In this document: piece after piece, positions 35,518 to 49,899 of the stretch | Numbering within the stretch: position 1 is the first letter of the stretch | Layout of the letters: each line of letters starts with the position of its first letter | Assembly: GCA_030265395.1 (NCBI GenBank) | Contig: JARFYF010000052.1 | Location: 118,279,125 to 118,343,124 of the forward strand | DNA length: 64,000 bases | Direction of reading: 5' to 3' | From: Rhina ancylostomus | Lineage: Eukaryota | Translations under genes and position numbers: made by a program | Notes under the pieces: model-generated | What the model saw: the letters and a program-made list of their open reading frames with translations, nothing else | Databases searched by the model: none | Told to the model about the DNA's origin: nothing

Positions 35518-38500
35518 GTATGATTGATTTTCAAGTACATGCTTCATTGAAAATGCTTGCTGACTTTGGCGCGGCTTTTGACAGTGATACAATAGGCAAG
35601 TGAAGTAAGGCCCTCTTGCTAAACAGGTTTATAGTCAGCATAATATATTCATTTGGCTTTGTTTATTTGAAAAGGAAGAGCTGCTTGGTGGGCTTGTTTC
35701 ATAGTTTCATTATATCAAATGTATTGGCAGGAGTTGCAGATAATGTTTAACTATATAATAGAATTGAATTACCATGTTAAATATTCTTTGAAACTCCCTA
35801 AATCTAAAGTAGTTCCACCGAGGTTTTTGCAACATGTCTTCATAACTTGGTGCTGTAAGCCCCATTTGATTCTGATGTATCCATATTGCACCCCACTGCA
35901 GTGCCAGTATATCTTGCGGTGCAGTGCCTGAAATTAGATCTTACCACAGCAGTATAAAACTGAAAGATCACTTCCTCTCCTTTTGGTATTTTAATCATCT
36001 TGAGATAATAGCAAACATTTCATTAACTTTTTTGATTCCTGAACCTACGTACTAACTTTTAATAATTTTTGTATGTGGACATATTTTCCTAATGGTGAGA
36101 GGATTTATATCTCAAATTTGTTTTTCTTGTAGTCAAATTCCAGGACTTTGCACAGCCCCGTAATGAATTCTAAATGGTACAGATTAACCCACTCACTTAA
36201 TCTGTCTGTTCCTTTTATAACTTCCTGTTCCCGTCTGCACAGTTTATTCTGCCTCTGTACTTAATACTATCCTTAACATTGCATGTACTACTGTCCATGC
36301 TGCAGTCACACGTACTTAAAAAGCTCAAGACTTCAGTCCAGATCCTTGGTCTCCTCCAGTAGACCCATCTTGCCAATTGATGTACATGCCCTTTCTGCCC
36401 AGTCACTGTCTTCTACTTCAACTCACTCAGAAGATTGCTAATGGAGGCATTGTTGTCTGGCCGGGAGCAAGCCTTGGATAGGTCGCAGGGCTGAAGAGAA
36501 GATGGCTAGTGATGGAATGTTGTGGATCGATAGTATTCAGGAGTTGAAGTTACATACTTTTTAAAAGATTTTTTTCTTTGTTGCTTGGACAGCTGCATTC
36601 AGCCTAGAAAACTGGTAGACGGCAAAAATGGGCAACTCAAGACAGTCCGGATTCTCAGTGAGAATCAGAAGTTGCCATTGGGTGCCTTCTGCATTTTTAG
36701 TTGCTCTTGTCCTGGGGTTCAGGAATGTCTTGCAAAATTGGTGATTTTTGTTTTGTTGCTGTTTACCATGTGAAATTAATGATAAACATTGATGAATCTT
36801 AATTTTAATACATTAAAGAACCAAGGAAAATGGAGGAAATGTAGGAGGTCTGATTTGGGGTTGAGAAGGAAAGTTTAAAAGCACTGTGGCTGTCAAGGTG
36901 CCAGTAATGTAGAAATTGACCAGAAAGGTTGTGACAGAGATAAATATTGGGGGCAGGAAGGTGCAGTTTTAATCCAACCCTCCTGTGGGGAGGTTGACAA
37001 GATTGGTTTTACACCTTGTTCAATTTAACTGCTGAAGTCAATAGTGTGATATTTAGTGGAATACAAAAGGCAACCCTGTGGCTTCCCACCTATTGAGTAC
37101 GTAAAAATTAATCCCTGACGTCAAAATAGGAATCACTTATTGGATGACAAAACAAATTAAAATAAACATAATCATATGGCATGTCATTAGTGATGTTGAT
37201 CACCACCATTTTGGTTAAAATAACTTGGAATGCTTGGGATGGAATGCATGTTTATACAGAACATCAATGTTCAAGACAATTCTGTTTCCTCCTCCTCCCC
37301 AAAAGCAGCATTTCTATAAATAGCTATCAAAGTCAACAAAAAGTCAGTAAAACATGAAAGCCACTGGGGAGAGAATAGACTACTATGATGTTTCCAGCGA
37401 GAGTTCACGCATTCCTTTCAACCCTTCTGTTTACTTCTTTGCAAACAAACTTGATGCATTATTTCAAAGTGATCTGCTCACTTTAATTGATATTGAATAT
37501 TCCACATTTATTTAAAGCAAGCATTGGATAAAGGTGCAGGAGCTATAATCCAAGACCAGAACTCCAAGAAGCTATCCATAAATTACAGCACATTTCCTGG
37601 TGATTAGTTCATGAAATTCTTTACATGACAACCAAACATGTTAGCAAAGATGTTTAAAAAGAATTCTGATACAGCTTCTAAAAAAGCCTGATAAGATAAT
37701 CCAATTGTGGAAATGAGTAATTACATATGGTTTGTTACTAAAATTGGAGGTACAACCATCATTGCATTACTTGTATTGCGGAAAGAATTGCATCCTGGGG
37801 AAAACTATTTAAGTGCTGAAAGAGCAAAATTGACGGGATATTTGTAGATGAGATCAAGGAGCATGCACCTTTGGAAGAGTGAATGGATACTTGAGAAATT
37901 ATCTACTGTGCTTAAAACACTTAGTCACCACCTTAGCCAGGCCCAGGAACATTCTTGGTGTGAACAGAGGACTGCCCATATGAATCATCTGCTTGGCACT
38001 AATTGTGAAGAGCTGGGTCCTGTGAACTGTGTAATATCATGGCAATACTTTTAAAACTTCATTTTCTCTACTATTTTTTTTGCTTTGCCGGTTTAAGATT
38101 TGTGTCCAACCCCCAGCTGGTGGCAATTTAGTTGTTATGTAGTGTTGTATTCTGCTTCTGAAATTCATTCCATTGAAGTCAATTGGATGTTTAGCACTAT
38201 TGACTCGGGAATGAATTTCTAGGCAATTGACCACTGCTTGATCATCTGTCAATCGGCAAACAAGATTATTCTTCTAATCTAAACTTCAAAATGTTAAGTA
38301 TGCTTACCATTGCCACCACCTTCAAGCCCACCATTATTTTATGATTTTCACATAATGGATTAACCAGAAACCATTCTGTGATCTAGGGGTGCTGGTGTTG
38401 TGGACACTGAGTTGTGTTTCTACTTCGGTTATGTTAAGGCTGGCGGTACCTCCTGCATTTTACCAGAAAGATTAACATGGAAAACTGGTCACTCTCTACT

Positions 38501-39784
38501 TTTGAATTCCTACATCCTCCAAGTCAATGGGATGTAGAACAGTTTTGGAAGATAGTATATCTGGTGAGGTGATGCACACCATTCTCTTGAGATGGTCTTC
38601 ATCAAGACTGGAGGAAAGGCACATGTAAAGGCTAGTTATTGTCAATCCAGCTCCAAATCTTACTGTATTTGAAGGGCTGGAAGAAATAGATTACACACTG
38701 CATGTGGACTAATGAACATCAGATGTGAGCTGCAAGTTATGTAGTGTCTCACTTGAACTATTTGTATAGGGTGAATTTTCACACTTATGGAATCAGCACA
38801 ATACTGAAGCAATTGCTGGGATCGGATCTTTGAACAGTTTTAAGTGTAAACAACCTATTTGGCCTATGATGTTGCAGTCAGTAGGTATAAACCCTCCCCA
38901 TCCAAACTTACTCTTACTCAACCACCATCACGTAGCTTTTTGCACCATTGTCTGTGGATAGCATGGTGTTGGGACATAAGCTCCTTTATATACCTCCTTG
39001 TGTAGGTATGCTTAAGCACACTTTGCTTCACTGCTACAGTGAGCAGCTTTCTCTGCAGTGACTAGGAATTGTACTCATCTAGTCTGTGGTAATGCCATTG
39101 GCAATATAGCTGTCCTATATTAAAATAATATCCTAAAAATCTGACATGCTGCATTACTTTCTAATTTAGATTATAACTTCCATCTTCATCACACGTAGCA
39201 AAAACATCCCATGATGCTCCACACAAAGGAAAACTAGCCAGCCAACCAGCCAGAGAGTGAGAATTCAACAATTCTTTGGAAGTACTGGCTTTTAACCAAT
39301 TTTGAACCTGCAATGATTTGTGAAAATGTGAGACAAATGCTTATCTTTGTATTGCCTTTTTTCATGGGTACACTCAAATAACATCACACCCCACTTAGTC
39401 CAGCACCAGGACCACTACTTGTTACCAGCAAATATCTGTAGCCTTACCAACTTCTTGTGCATTTTGTTATCTTCTGGAATCCTGGGCACTCCTGTCAATC
39501 AATTTGAATTACCGTGCAAAGTGCCAGAGCTACACAGTAATGTTATTTTCATAAACGCCAATTGTCAGCATTTCACACCAACNNNNNNNNNNCTTGTCAG
39601 TGCTTGCAGACAGAAAAGTGCAGACCGAGCTCTTCTCAGTCTCGCCCTATGGAAATGCTGCTGAGTATATGAACTGTGCACTATATGTGGGGCTGCCTGG
39701 GATTTGGAGTTGCCACCTACAGTTTATCGTGGCAGGAGTGGCTCTGAGGGGAGTGGTGGTTTAAATATGTGGTGTCTTTGGCAT

Positions 39785-40040
39785 TCATTAGATATCTCAA
39801 AGGCCTTTTATAGCAAAAGGCATTACTGTTAAAGCATTCTCACTGCTGTTAAGGGGCAACAAGACGCCCAACTTGTGCACAGCAAGGTTCCACTAGCAGT
39901 AATGAGATAAAAGACCAATTAATCTCTTTTACTGGTAATTCATGGAGGAATAAATGTTGACTGAAAGAACATGAAAAGGACTCCCTGTTCTTTTCTGAAT
40001 ACCATCAAGAGATCTGAGTAATTGAAAGATAAAGAACTAC
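39785..40040 (-). mobile_element. Deu-domain SINE remnant
   Basis: ttgtgcacagcaaggttcccactagcagtaatgagataa...gaataaatgttg...ctccctgttcttttctgaatacca. Confidence 0.55.
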
Positions 40041-40049
40041 ATTTCTAAA

Positions 40050-40290
40050 ATAAGGAATAAAAACAGCAGACGCTGGAAATACTCAGCAGGTCAGGAGGTA
40101 TCTGTACAGAGAAGCAGAGTTGACACTTCGGGTCAATGACCATTCATCACCTGATGAAGGATTTCTTCTCCCCACCCTGCTGCCAAAAAGCAAAATGCAG
40201 CAGATCCTGGAAAACTGAAGAAGTGTCTCCTTCCACAGATGCTGCCTGCCATGCTGTGTATTTCCACTAATGTATCTGTTTTATTAAGGA
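40050..40290. mobile_element. Inverted Penelope-like end remnants
   Basis: aataaaaacagcagacgctggaaatactcagcaggtcagg ... cagatgctgcctgccatgctgtgtatttcca...tctgtttttatt; ttcatcacctgatgaa between the arms. Confidence 0.7.
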
Positions 40291-40749
40291 ATCCCCCACA
40301 CCAGTTCCTGGACAATCACTCCCAGATAAATAGCAGATTGTGTCTGAGGCCAGCAGAGAGCCCAGTGTTGTCCACTGCTAGCAACAGACTTCTGGATCTT
40401 TGCATCTGAAGATTAACTGTGAGACAAATAGTGCCCTAGAATCATTCAGGGCCCAGCCTGGGACTTGATCTTTGTAGGTTGTATGTCCTGGTTGTCCTCA
40501 TGTAAATAGGGGGTCCCCTATCCAGTGTAGGATATTGGCAATTCTATGGGAATGGAGAGGGATGGGTGAGGAAATTGAGGGTAAGGAGACAGAGGTAAAG
40601 AGACGAAGGGAGGAGCAATGAAAGGTGAAGAAGAGAATGGGAAATGGAAAAGGCGACAAAGGGAGGAGGCGATGAAGTTGAGGAAAAACGACAAGAACAA
40701 AAAATGTTAATGTTTAATATTGCAGAGCATTCCAGGGCATTTTGTAGAA

Positions 40750-41450
40750 GCAGTACCAAAATTTGACCTTGCTTCAGATATGAAGCAAGGTTTTACAGAT
40801 TGTCTAAAAGGTGAAAAGACTGGTTGAGAGGCCAAAGAGTTTTTTTGGGTGTGGATTGGAATTCTAGTCTGGAACCATGGCAGTTTATGGTACTGCTACA
40901 GAATGTGGGTTAGTTATGCTTGGCAAACATCATGAGTCAGGAGTTGGAGCAGTGCAGATAGCTCAAGGGTTATTGGGCTGGAGAAGATTATGGAGATTTG
41001 AAAACAAGACCCAGAATTGTGTTGATGAATCAGAAGCAAATGTAAGCTAACAAGTACAGGTTAATGGGTGAACAGGAATGGCTACAAATTAGGACAGGGA
41101 AGCTCAAATGTACAGAAGGTAGAATGAGGAACACCAACCAGGAAATGTGTTAGAATAGTCAATGGGTAACATAAGGTATTGGTGTAGCTTTCAGCAGCAG
41201 GTGGAATGAGGTGGGTCAGAGATGGCAATGCTGTTCAGGTAGGAGCAAGCGGAATCTAAACTGAAGTGAATGTCCAATTTCACAGTGACAAAAAGATTGC
41301 GAACAGTACAGTTCACTTTTATACAGATGCTTGGTAGAGTGGTGGAGTCCATATCCAAGGAATGGTGTGTGATGGAGACCCCAAACCACAGCTTTGATCT
41401 TCGCAAAATATAACTGGTGGAAAACATCTGCTGTTTAGTATTGGATGTCT
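40750..41450 (-). mobile_element. Old L2-like LINE fragment (probably continues at about 43740-44600)
   Basis: Purine-rich antisense L2-type sequence on both sides of the CR1 insertion; no clean ORF. Confidence 0.4.
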
Positions 41451-41454
41451 GGCA

Positions 41455-41677
41455 ACATAAACGTGGAACAGAACAGCACAGGAACAGGCCCTTTAGCCCA
41501 CAATGTTGTGCCGAACTAATTAAATTAGTAATCTAACGCCCAACTAAACTAATCCCTTCTGCCTACACAATGTCCATTTCCCATTTCCTGTACATTCATG
41601 TGCCTATCTAAGAGCCTCTTGAATACCTCTATTGTATTTGCTTCCACCACCACCCCTGATAGTGCATTCTAGGCACC

Positions 41678-41758
<81 letters not shown>

Positions 41759-43720
41759 NNNNNNNNNNNNNNNNNNNNNNNNNNNNNNNNNNNNNNNNNN
41801 NNNNNNNNNNNNNNNNNNNNNNNNNNNNNNNNNNNNNNNNNNNNNNNNNNNNNNNNNNNNNNNNNNNNNNNNNNNNNNNNNNNNNNNNNNNNNNNNNNNN
41901 NNNNNNNNNNNNNNNNNNNNNNNNNNNNNNNNNNNNNNNNNNNNNNNNNNNNNNNNNNNNNNNNNNNNNNNNNNNNNNNNNNNNNNNNNNNNNNNNNNNN
42001 NNNNNNNNNNNNNNNNNNNNNNNNNNNNNNNNNNNNNNNNNNNNNNNNNNNNNNNNNNNNNNNNNNNNNNNNNNNNNNNNNNNNNNNNNNNNNNNNNNNN
42101 NNNNNNNNNNNNNNNNNNNNNNNNNNNNNNNNNNNNNNNNNNNNNNNNNNNNNNNNNNNNNNNNNNNNNNNNNNNNNNNNNNNNNNNNNNNNNNNNNNNN
42201 NNNNNNNNNNNNNNNNNNNNNNNNNNNNNNNNNNNNNNNNNNNNNNNNNNNNNNNNNNNNNNNNNNNNNNNNNNNNNNNNNNNNNNNNNNNNNNNNNNNN
42301 NNNNNNNNNNNNNNNNNNNNNNNNNNNNNNNNNNNNNNNNNNNNNNNNNNNNNNNNNNNNNNNNNNNNNNNNNNNNNNNNNNNNNNNNNNNNNNNNNNNN
42401 NNNNNNNNNNNNNNNNNNNNNNNNNNNNNNNNNNNNNNNNNNNNNNNNNNNNNNNNNNNNNNNNNNNNNNNNNNNNNNNNNNNNNNNNNNNNNNNNNNNN
42501 NNNNNNNNNNNNNNNNNNNNNNNNNNNNNNNNNNNNNNNNNNNNNNNNNNNNNNNNNNNNNNNNNNNNNNNNNNNNNNNNNNNNNNNNNNNNNNNNNNNN
42601 NNNNNNNNNNNNNNNNNNNNNNNNNNNNNNNNGACACCTTACTAAAATTCTTGTAGACAACATCCACAGCTCTCCCTTCATCAGTCACCTTCGTCACCAC
42701 CTCAAACCTCAATCAAGTTAGTAAGACACAACTTGCCCCACACAAAGCTCTGTTGACTGTTGCTAATTAGGCCATGGTTTTCCAAATGCTCATAAATCCT
42801 ATCCCTAAGAATCCTCCCCAGTAACTTCCCTATCACTGATGCGAGACTCATCGGCCTATAGTTTCCAGGATTATACCTATTTCACTTCTTGAATAATGGA
42901 ACAACATTAGCTATTCATCAGTCCTCTGAGACTTCACCTGTGGTTGATGAGGACACGAAGACATTGGTCAAGGCCCCAGCAATCCCTTCCCTTGCCTTGC
43001 TCAATAAACTAGGGTATATCCTTTCAGGCCCTGGGGATTTATCCACCTTTATGTTCTTTAAGAGACTCAACACTACCTCCTTTTCTCTTGAAATGCCCCA
43101 GCATATTAGCACACTCCACACTGATCTCCCTATCCTCTACATCCTTCTCATTGGTAAATACTGATGCAAAGTACTCATTTAGGACCACACCCACATCTTC
43201 TGCCTCCAAGCACATGTTCCCTCTTTTATTCTTGAGTGGTCCTACCTGCTCCCTAGTTATCCTCTTGCTCTTAATGTATGTATGGAATGCCTTGGGATTC
43301 TCTTTAATCCTACTTGCCAAGGACATTTCATGATCCCTCCTGGCTCGCCTAATTGCCGCCTTGAGTTCTTTTCTGGCTTCTGTATAATCCTCAAGGGCTC
43401 TGTTTGATTTTGGCTTCCTAAACCTTTACACTTGCTTCCTTTTACTTGACTAAATTCACCACCTCTCTTGTCATAAAGTTCCCTTACCCTGCCATGCTTG
43501 TCCTTCCTTCCTTACTGGAGCATACCTGTCCTGTACTCTGTGCAGTTGATCTTTAAATACCCTCCACATTGCCAGATGTAGAATTGGCCAAGAACAGCTG
43601 ATTCCAATTAACTCTCCCTAGTTCCTGTCTAATACACTCATGATTTGCCCTGTTCCAATTTAATACTTTCCTGCAAGGTCCATACTTATCCTTATCTATG
43701 GCTATCTTAAAACTTAAGGA
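41455..43720 (-). mobile_element. CR1 LINE, 5'-truncated (RT region, N gap, 3' end)
   Basis: LASRIKENPKAFHTYIKSKR..VGPLK; IKVDKSPGPERIYPSLL..IAGAL; VTKVTDEGRAVDVVYKNFSK; CR1 tail at about 41455. Confidence 0.95.
41682..41758. repeat. (TG)n(AT)n compound microsatellite
   Basis: TG run 41682-41728, then an AT run up to the N gap. Confidence 0.98.
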
Positions 43721-45797
43721 CTCTGTCTTAAACTTAAGAACCAGTCTAATAACTTAGACGTTGGAAAGGTCAGAGGTGGTGATGAGATAGAGTTGGTTGT
43801 CTTCAGTATTTATGTAGCAGCTAGTAGGGTATTTTACGAATGATGTTACCAAGTGACAGAATGCAGATGAGAAAGAGAAATGAACCAATCACACTCCTTA
43901 AGGATACAAAAGGAAAAGAAGCCATTGTAGGTGGTTCTCTGGCTTTGAATGAAGAGATAAGACTGGAACTAGGTGAATGTGATCCCATCCAACTGGACAT
44001 TAGAAGAGGATAGTTTGTTTAAAACTTGAGTTCAGGTGGAGAAGGATGAGCAATTGCACGTTCTCTTTTTGTGTATTGATATAGGATATTAGCAACGTTG
44101 ATCATAACCAAGTTGGTACCACAGCTGGGTGGAAACTTGATTAGAAGAATTCAAGCAAGGAGTTACAAGAAAGGTCGCTGTAAATACTGATGATGGAAAT
44201 GTGGCAGAAGCTAGGACTGGGTATTTGAGGGATAAGAAGATGAAAATGCTGCAGACAGCTTCTTGCTTCATGAAGGAAGTGAAAGAGATGACAAGATTCT
44301 GGTTCAGCAAAGCAAAAAGGGAAAGTATGGTGGGATTGAAGAGCATGAAGAATGGAGACGGATGGAAGAAAAACTTCAATGTGGAAAGAGTTGGAAAGGG
44401 AAACGAAGGTTAGTGTTTTCTGAGGACAGTGCTTTCAACTGAAATGTGGAGAGTAAAGATCCCCAATTTTGTTAGAATGTATGAATCCAACAGGCTAATG
44501 GACACAAACAAAAACATTTCAGAAGTTTGGTGGGATGACCCTGAAGAAGGAGCATGTGGTGTCTGCTGCTTTCCTTGAGGCCTCACGTAACTAACATGGG
44601 CCTAATTGCATCCTAGATATAAAGATCGATATTTTAATTTGCTTTATTTTTTGTTTGGTGGGGTGGAGGGACCACAGAAAAGTCATTAAAACTCTGCAAG
44701 ATTCAAGAAGTGGAACAAGAAACAGAACTTTATCTTGCTCATCGAATTTGATTCCAAGACATTATGCAAAGGGTGCTTGCTTGTGAACTATCAGCAATCT
44801 TCTGCATTAATGTATTATTTTATTATCAGTAGCGAATTGAGTTGTTCCTAGAATAACAATTTTTGAGTAACAGTTTTCTTTATTTAGGATCCTAAAACTG
44901 AGGAGGCCACTCATTTCCACAGTGGCTGTGCTGGCACTTTGGAAGAGCAATCTTGTATGTTCCATGGTTCTGCTACAATATAAGGCTGATGGTTTAATGT
45001 GCTATTGCAGTTCCTTCTTGGGTTGTAGCAATAGTACTCAGTGATAATTTGGGCAATTTAGATAAACAGAGATAGCTCAGTCTTTTAAATTGCATTGTTT
45101 TAGAAATGGAAAGAAGTTAATTTTCCACAAAAAGGAACACACTTAGGAGCTATGAATTGAATCTCTGCCTTGTAATTCGGCCAATGAGTAATGCTGAAAG
45201 CTGTGGTTATCGACTGCCTTTCAGATAGATTATCAAAAGGACTACTTTCTGACCTTGTGTGGACAGAGCATCTTGTTTGTTGGCACCATATTATCAGGCA
45301 CCAGAGAGCTTACAAAGATTGAGGGTGACACACATGCATTGCTTCTCTCCAGTCACATGAAGTGATGGGATGGGAGCAGTGGTAGGAACTTCTGTGTAAA
45401 TCACTTGGTAGGATTTCAGCAGCCTGTCATTTATCTCTCCCACTTTTCCTTTCAAAAGTAAATAAAATTTGGGAGAGTTGTAAAAGAAGCAGCTGATTTT
45501 CTGTCAACCATTTTAAACTGTCACACAAAGCCAAATTTTACCTCACGGAGTCACAAAGTTATTCTATGAGCTCTTGTGTATCAGCACAGGGTTCACAACC
45601 AGCTATTCTGCACACTGCATGCTTCTGGGTTGGTACAATTGACCACAGACTATCCAAAAGTGTAAATGTGCACTCATGAGAAAGAATTACATGATGCCAC
45701 ATGGTGACTTTTTCCATTCAAACGTTGGATGAAAAATGCAAATTTTAAAAAATTGAAACAGCATGGCTTTGAAGTCTTTCTCCAAGTCAGAATTCTG

Positions 45798-46338
45798 TCA
45801 AAGTCCAATTTGAGTTTGTCACATGCACAAGTACATGTATGTACAGGTGCAATGAAAAATATACTTGCAACAGCATCACAGGCACATAGCATTTGTATAA
45901 GCAGTATTCACAAGAAAAAAGCATAAACACAATTTTTACAAGAAAGAACAAAATTAGAACAAAAAAACATTTCATTTTAGTGCAAAATGATCTAAGTGGT
46001 CATTAGTGTTGCTAACCTGTAGTGATTAAGGTTGTGCTGGTTGGTTCAAGAACAGAATGGTTGAAGGGAAGTAGTTGTTCTTGAATTGGTGGCGTGGGAC
46101 TTCAGACTTCTCTACCTCCTGCCTGATGTTAGCTGCGAGAATATGGCATGGCCTGGGTGGTGAGGATCTTTGGATGTTGCAGCCTTGAGGCAACACCTCC
46201 TATAGATACTACTGATGGTGGAGAGGGATATGCCCCTGATATATTTTGCACAGTCCGCTACTCTCTGCAACTTAAGTTCCTGCGTATTTGAAATGCTGTA
46301 CCAGACAATGATGTAACCAGTCAGGATACTTTCAACAG
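45798..46338 (-). mobile_element. Rex1/Babar-type LINE 3' end (different subfamily)
   Basis: ttgtcacatgcacaagtacatg...ggttgaagggaagtagttgttcttgaa...tacctcctgcctgatg...gtaccagacaatgatgtaaccagtcaggatactttc. Confidence 0.75.
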
Positions 46339-47879
46339 NNNNNNNNNNNNNNNNNNNNNNNNNNNNNNNNNNNNNNNNNNNNNNNNNNNNNNNNNNNNNN
46401 NNNNNNNNNNNNNNNNNNNNNNNNNNNNNNNNNNNNNNNNNNNNNNNNNNNNNNNNNNNNNNNNNNNNNNNNNNNNNNNNNNNTAGTTTAAAATTTGTTT
46501 TCAGGCCATTCTCAGGCCTAAACTAGGTTGAAAACTGGGCTTGATGCTCACTTTAATAAATGCCTCCTGAGGCATGTTACCTGATGTGGAGGTTCAATGA
46601 GACCACGCAACTTCACTAGTGGCAGGCAGTGGCTAAATCCTGTGTGGGTGGGATGGACATGAGTGTATGTGTGAGCTCAAAAAAATAGAGATCCAAAATA
46701 TGGAATTTTCAAGGTTTTAAGTGGGCAGTTCAGTGGAGCTCTGCTTCATCTAGTGTCGTGGTTGAGTTTGAACTGGCTATAGAGAGTTTAAACACCAAAA
46801 TTCAGCTTCAAAATTACAGATTTTATCATCAATTTATCTCACAGTTGGCAATGATGTGCTATTTTTCACCTCATTAATGGTTGCTTCTTACACCAGTGAA
46901 GAAAATTTTGTACATTGCAATTGCCTTGAAGGATTTTCTTTAATTTTAATTGCAGCATAGTTAGTATTATTGTAGACTCTCTCAGTTAATGTCAGAAAGC
47001 TTCTGAAGTGATATTTTAAGCACTTTTTTCATTTTACTAATTCAAATGTTCTTTCTTATTTCATATATTGAGCAACACTTCTGCACATCTGAATGTCCAG
47101 CACTCCCATTTTTAGGTATCCGAAGACATTGAGCTTTGATGTCTGCACGATCTTTATGTTTAGTCTTACCTAGAGGTTTACAATGAAGGCAAAAAGACTT
47201 TTGCCTGTGCTTTCCATAAAACCCCTGCCATTCCCCACCCCCCACCCCAATAATTTAGGGACAAGTCTGTGACATTATATGTGGATAGTCTTTGCCAATG
47301 GGACATAGACCACTGTATCCTTTATGATTGTCCTGGTGCATTTTTGCTAGGCCAGAACTTGTAAATGGGTTGGTTATTTCAATCATGCTCAACTAGATCG
47401 ACTTAGAACACCTATTATGGTATAACAGCAGAAATAGGGGAGAGCAGAGAGTCAGTGTGTGTCTGAAGTCATAGATTTAATAGTTAATGCACCGTGATTT
47501 GTAGTGCTAATAGTTTCAATTCTATTGCTGCTACGTACATTATTGGGAAAATTCCTGTGCCACTAACCTGGAGCAAGTTATTTTCCAGTGTCACAATGCT
47601 GAATAAAAATTAAGTGTTAAATTTTAACATTGTTCTACCTTTTATTTGTTGGGATGTTATTGCACATGCTCTTGGAGATGTTTTTGAAGTCTCCTCTTGT
47701 TAACTGCACAATTACCCACCAGTAGTCATGACTACATGTGACAGGGTTGATCCGATCTGTTGCCTATGGGACTGCTTAGTTCTATGAACTGCCTGCTGGT
47801 TTTGCTGTTTAGAATTCATGTGGTTGTGTGTGTCAGTTTTGAGTTTGACACCTCATTTTTAGGTGTACTTAGTTCTTCC

Positions 47880-48300
47880 AGTGTTGTTCAACATACAGAA
47901 GCACTGATACATCAGCTGAGGGAGGACAGGAGGTGATCAGTACCAAAGTTTTCTTGCCAGTGTTTGGCCTGATGCCACAAGATATCATGGGGTTTGAAGT
48001 CAGTGTTGAGGACTCCCAGGGTCACTCCTGGCAGTCTGTATACCAGTATTCTTCCATCTCTATGGTGAGACAGAGCACACCCAGAAATTGTGAAGGGGTC
48101 TGGAAATGTGTACGGTATGACTGTGCTTGTACAACATTGCAGATCTGTTGCTTGATTAATTGGAGCCACTGTACCAATTTAGACATGACACCTCAGATAT
48201 TCATGAGGAGAGCGTTGCTGTTTCCAAACTGTCAATGCTGGGTGATCCATCTGGCTCCATTCAATGTGGCAACTAATGCAAATGAATGACCTGTTAGACC
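47880..48300 (-). mobile_element. CR1/L2-clade LINE fragment (old)
   Basis: gatgccacaagatatcatggggtttgaagtcagtgttgaggactcccagg...tctgtataccagt, a motif typical of antisense elasmobranch LINE sequence. Confidence 0.55.
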
Positions 48301-49619
48301 ATTATCAAGGGCACGTTGCTGTGGATTTTGAGTCAGGTAGCCCAAACAGGGCAAGGGCAGTTAACTTCTTTGGCCAAAAGACATTAGAAAACTATGATAG
48401 ATCATTATAATATTGGTTTCATGTTCATTCCTATTGAGACAGTTTTTTAACATTTCAGATTATTTACTTAACTGATTTTATTAAAACTGGGACTGCAGTA
48501 ATGGTTTTGAATTGTTAGTCTCCTGTACTTTAACCGCTGCAACACTGTTCGCTCAGCTTACCATGCTGTGCTCTTCTATGTACAAGCACTTCTTGGCTGT
48601 AATGACCGGTTGGTGGATAGTCCCAAAACCCTTGACAGGGTTTTGTTTTCTTAGTCCAGGAGCAATGAGATTAATTTTAGTGCTGAGGTCCCAGTTGTGA
48701 TCAACTAAATCACTATGAAGTGGATTGAACCTGACCTCAACGCTTTAGTTCCAGTTGAGTATTTAATCACTTAAGACATCTAGAGGAGCTCCAAAGTAAG
48801 TGGATTGATCTTGTACCCTCTGCATCACCCAGTTCTCTGCCTTTTTCCATTTATGCATAGAACATTGTCCCAAGTAACTTGTGGTTGTCCACTGCTACAT
48901 TCTCTGTTTCCCACTAAGATGTAAGCAAATTTGAAAACACTTTTCCAGCACAGTATAGACAAGTTGAGACAATCTGCTGATCCTGTTGCCCGACATTTCC
49001 CTGCTGGGGAAGCTCCTAGCTTTTTGCTGATATACTTCAAGCCCTACTACTTTTGACCATAATTCAGAGGTGGGGTATGGGAGTAGTTTGCTGCCATGCT
49101 CAACTGGTGAGAACAGGGTCCTGAACACCACTAGAAACAGTAATTGTTTTCATAAAGCACTCTACCTGTTGTGTTGAGGATAACTGCACTATCAACCTCA
49201 TAAATAAACACCAAGTTGTGTCAGGGCGAGATCTCAGTAGTTGCCAGTCGTCTCGTTCTGCTCTGTGATAACTGAGCAATAACTGACAGGAATGTTCTCT
49301 TCATTTTATACACTTTGGACAGGGCCTGAACGAGGTTAAAGCTAAAACAGCAGTGCTACATCTGAGCCCTGTATCCAGGCTAAGAATTCCTCTTAGTTTA
49401 GTGCTTTTTAAAATTTTGTATATTTTGACAAATTCTAGTTAATGCCATATCTATTTGAAGTGCCTGCTATTTTAACAGCTGCCAATCTTAAATAGCATCC
49501 CACCTCCCATTTTCTCTCCAGAATGCTGATTTAATGCATAGGAACATCTTCACTCTGTCTCATGTTTTACCATTTTCATGTGGAAGTCTGGAATGGCAGC
49601 AGTTTGCTGCTTTATTGTG

Positions 49620-49770
49620 AGTTGGTAGGTTAATTGGCCACTCTAAATTTCCCCTAGTGTGTGGGTGAGCGGTGGAGTCTGGGGAGAGTTGATGGGAATG
49701 GTGTTAACGTAAACGGGTGCTTGACCATCAGCACAGACTCAGCTGAAGGGCCTGTTTCCAGTGTTATAAC
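49620..49770 (+). mobile_element. V-SINE 3' half
   Basis: ggtaggttaattggccactctaaatttcccctagtgtgtgggtgag...gaagggcctgtttcca. Confidence 0.75.
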
Positions 49771-49899
49771 GCTTCATGGACATCATAGCTGTGTCCAGAC
49801 CCTACCTTGAATCTTCATCCACACACCCTTTGCAGCAAGAGTTAAAGGGTGAAACTGTGGCTAATTTTTATTTTATCCTCTCTTGGTTTTACCATATAT

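Noticed and set aside
41629-42721. Five long ORFs of 323-350 aa
   Set aside because: Artefacts of reading through the N gap and dinucleotide repeats
47863-47936. Strong acceptor (tttttag|gt) as the next LCMT2 exon
   Set aside because: The phase-1 frame stops after about 24 codons, lacks LCMT2 similarity and runs into an antisense LINE
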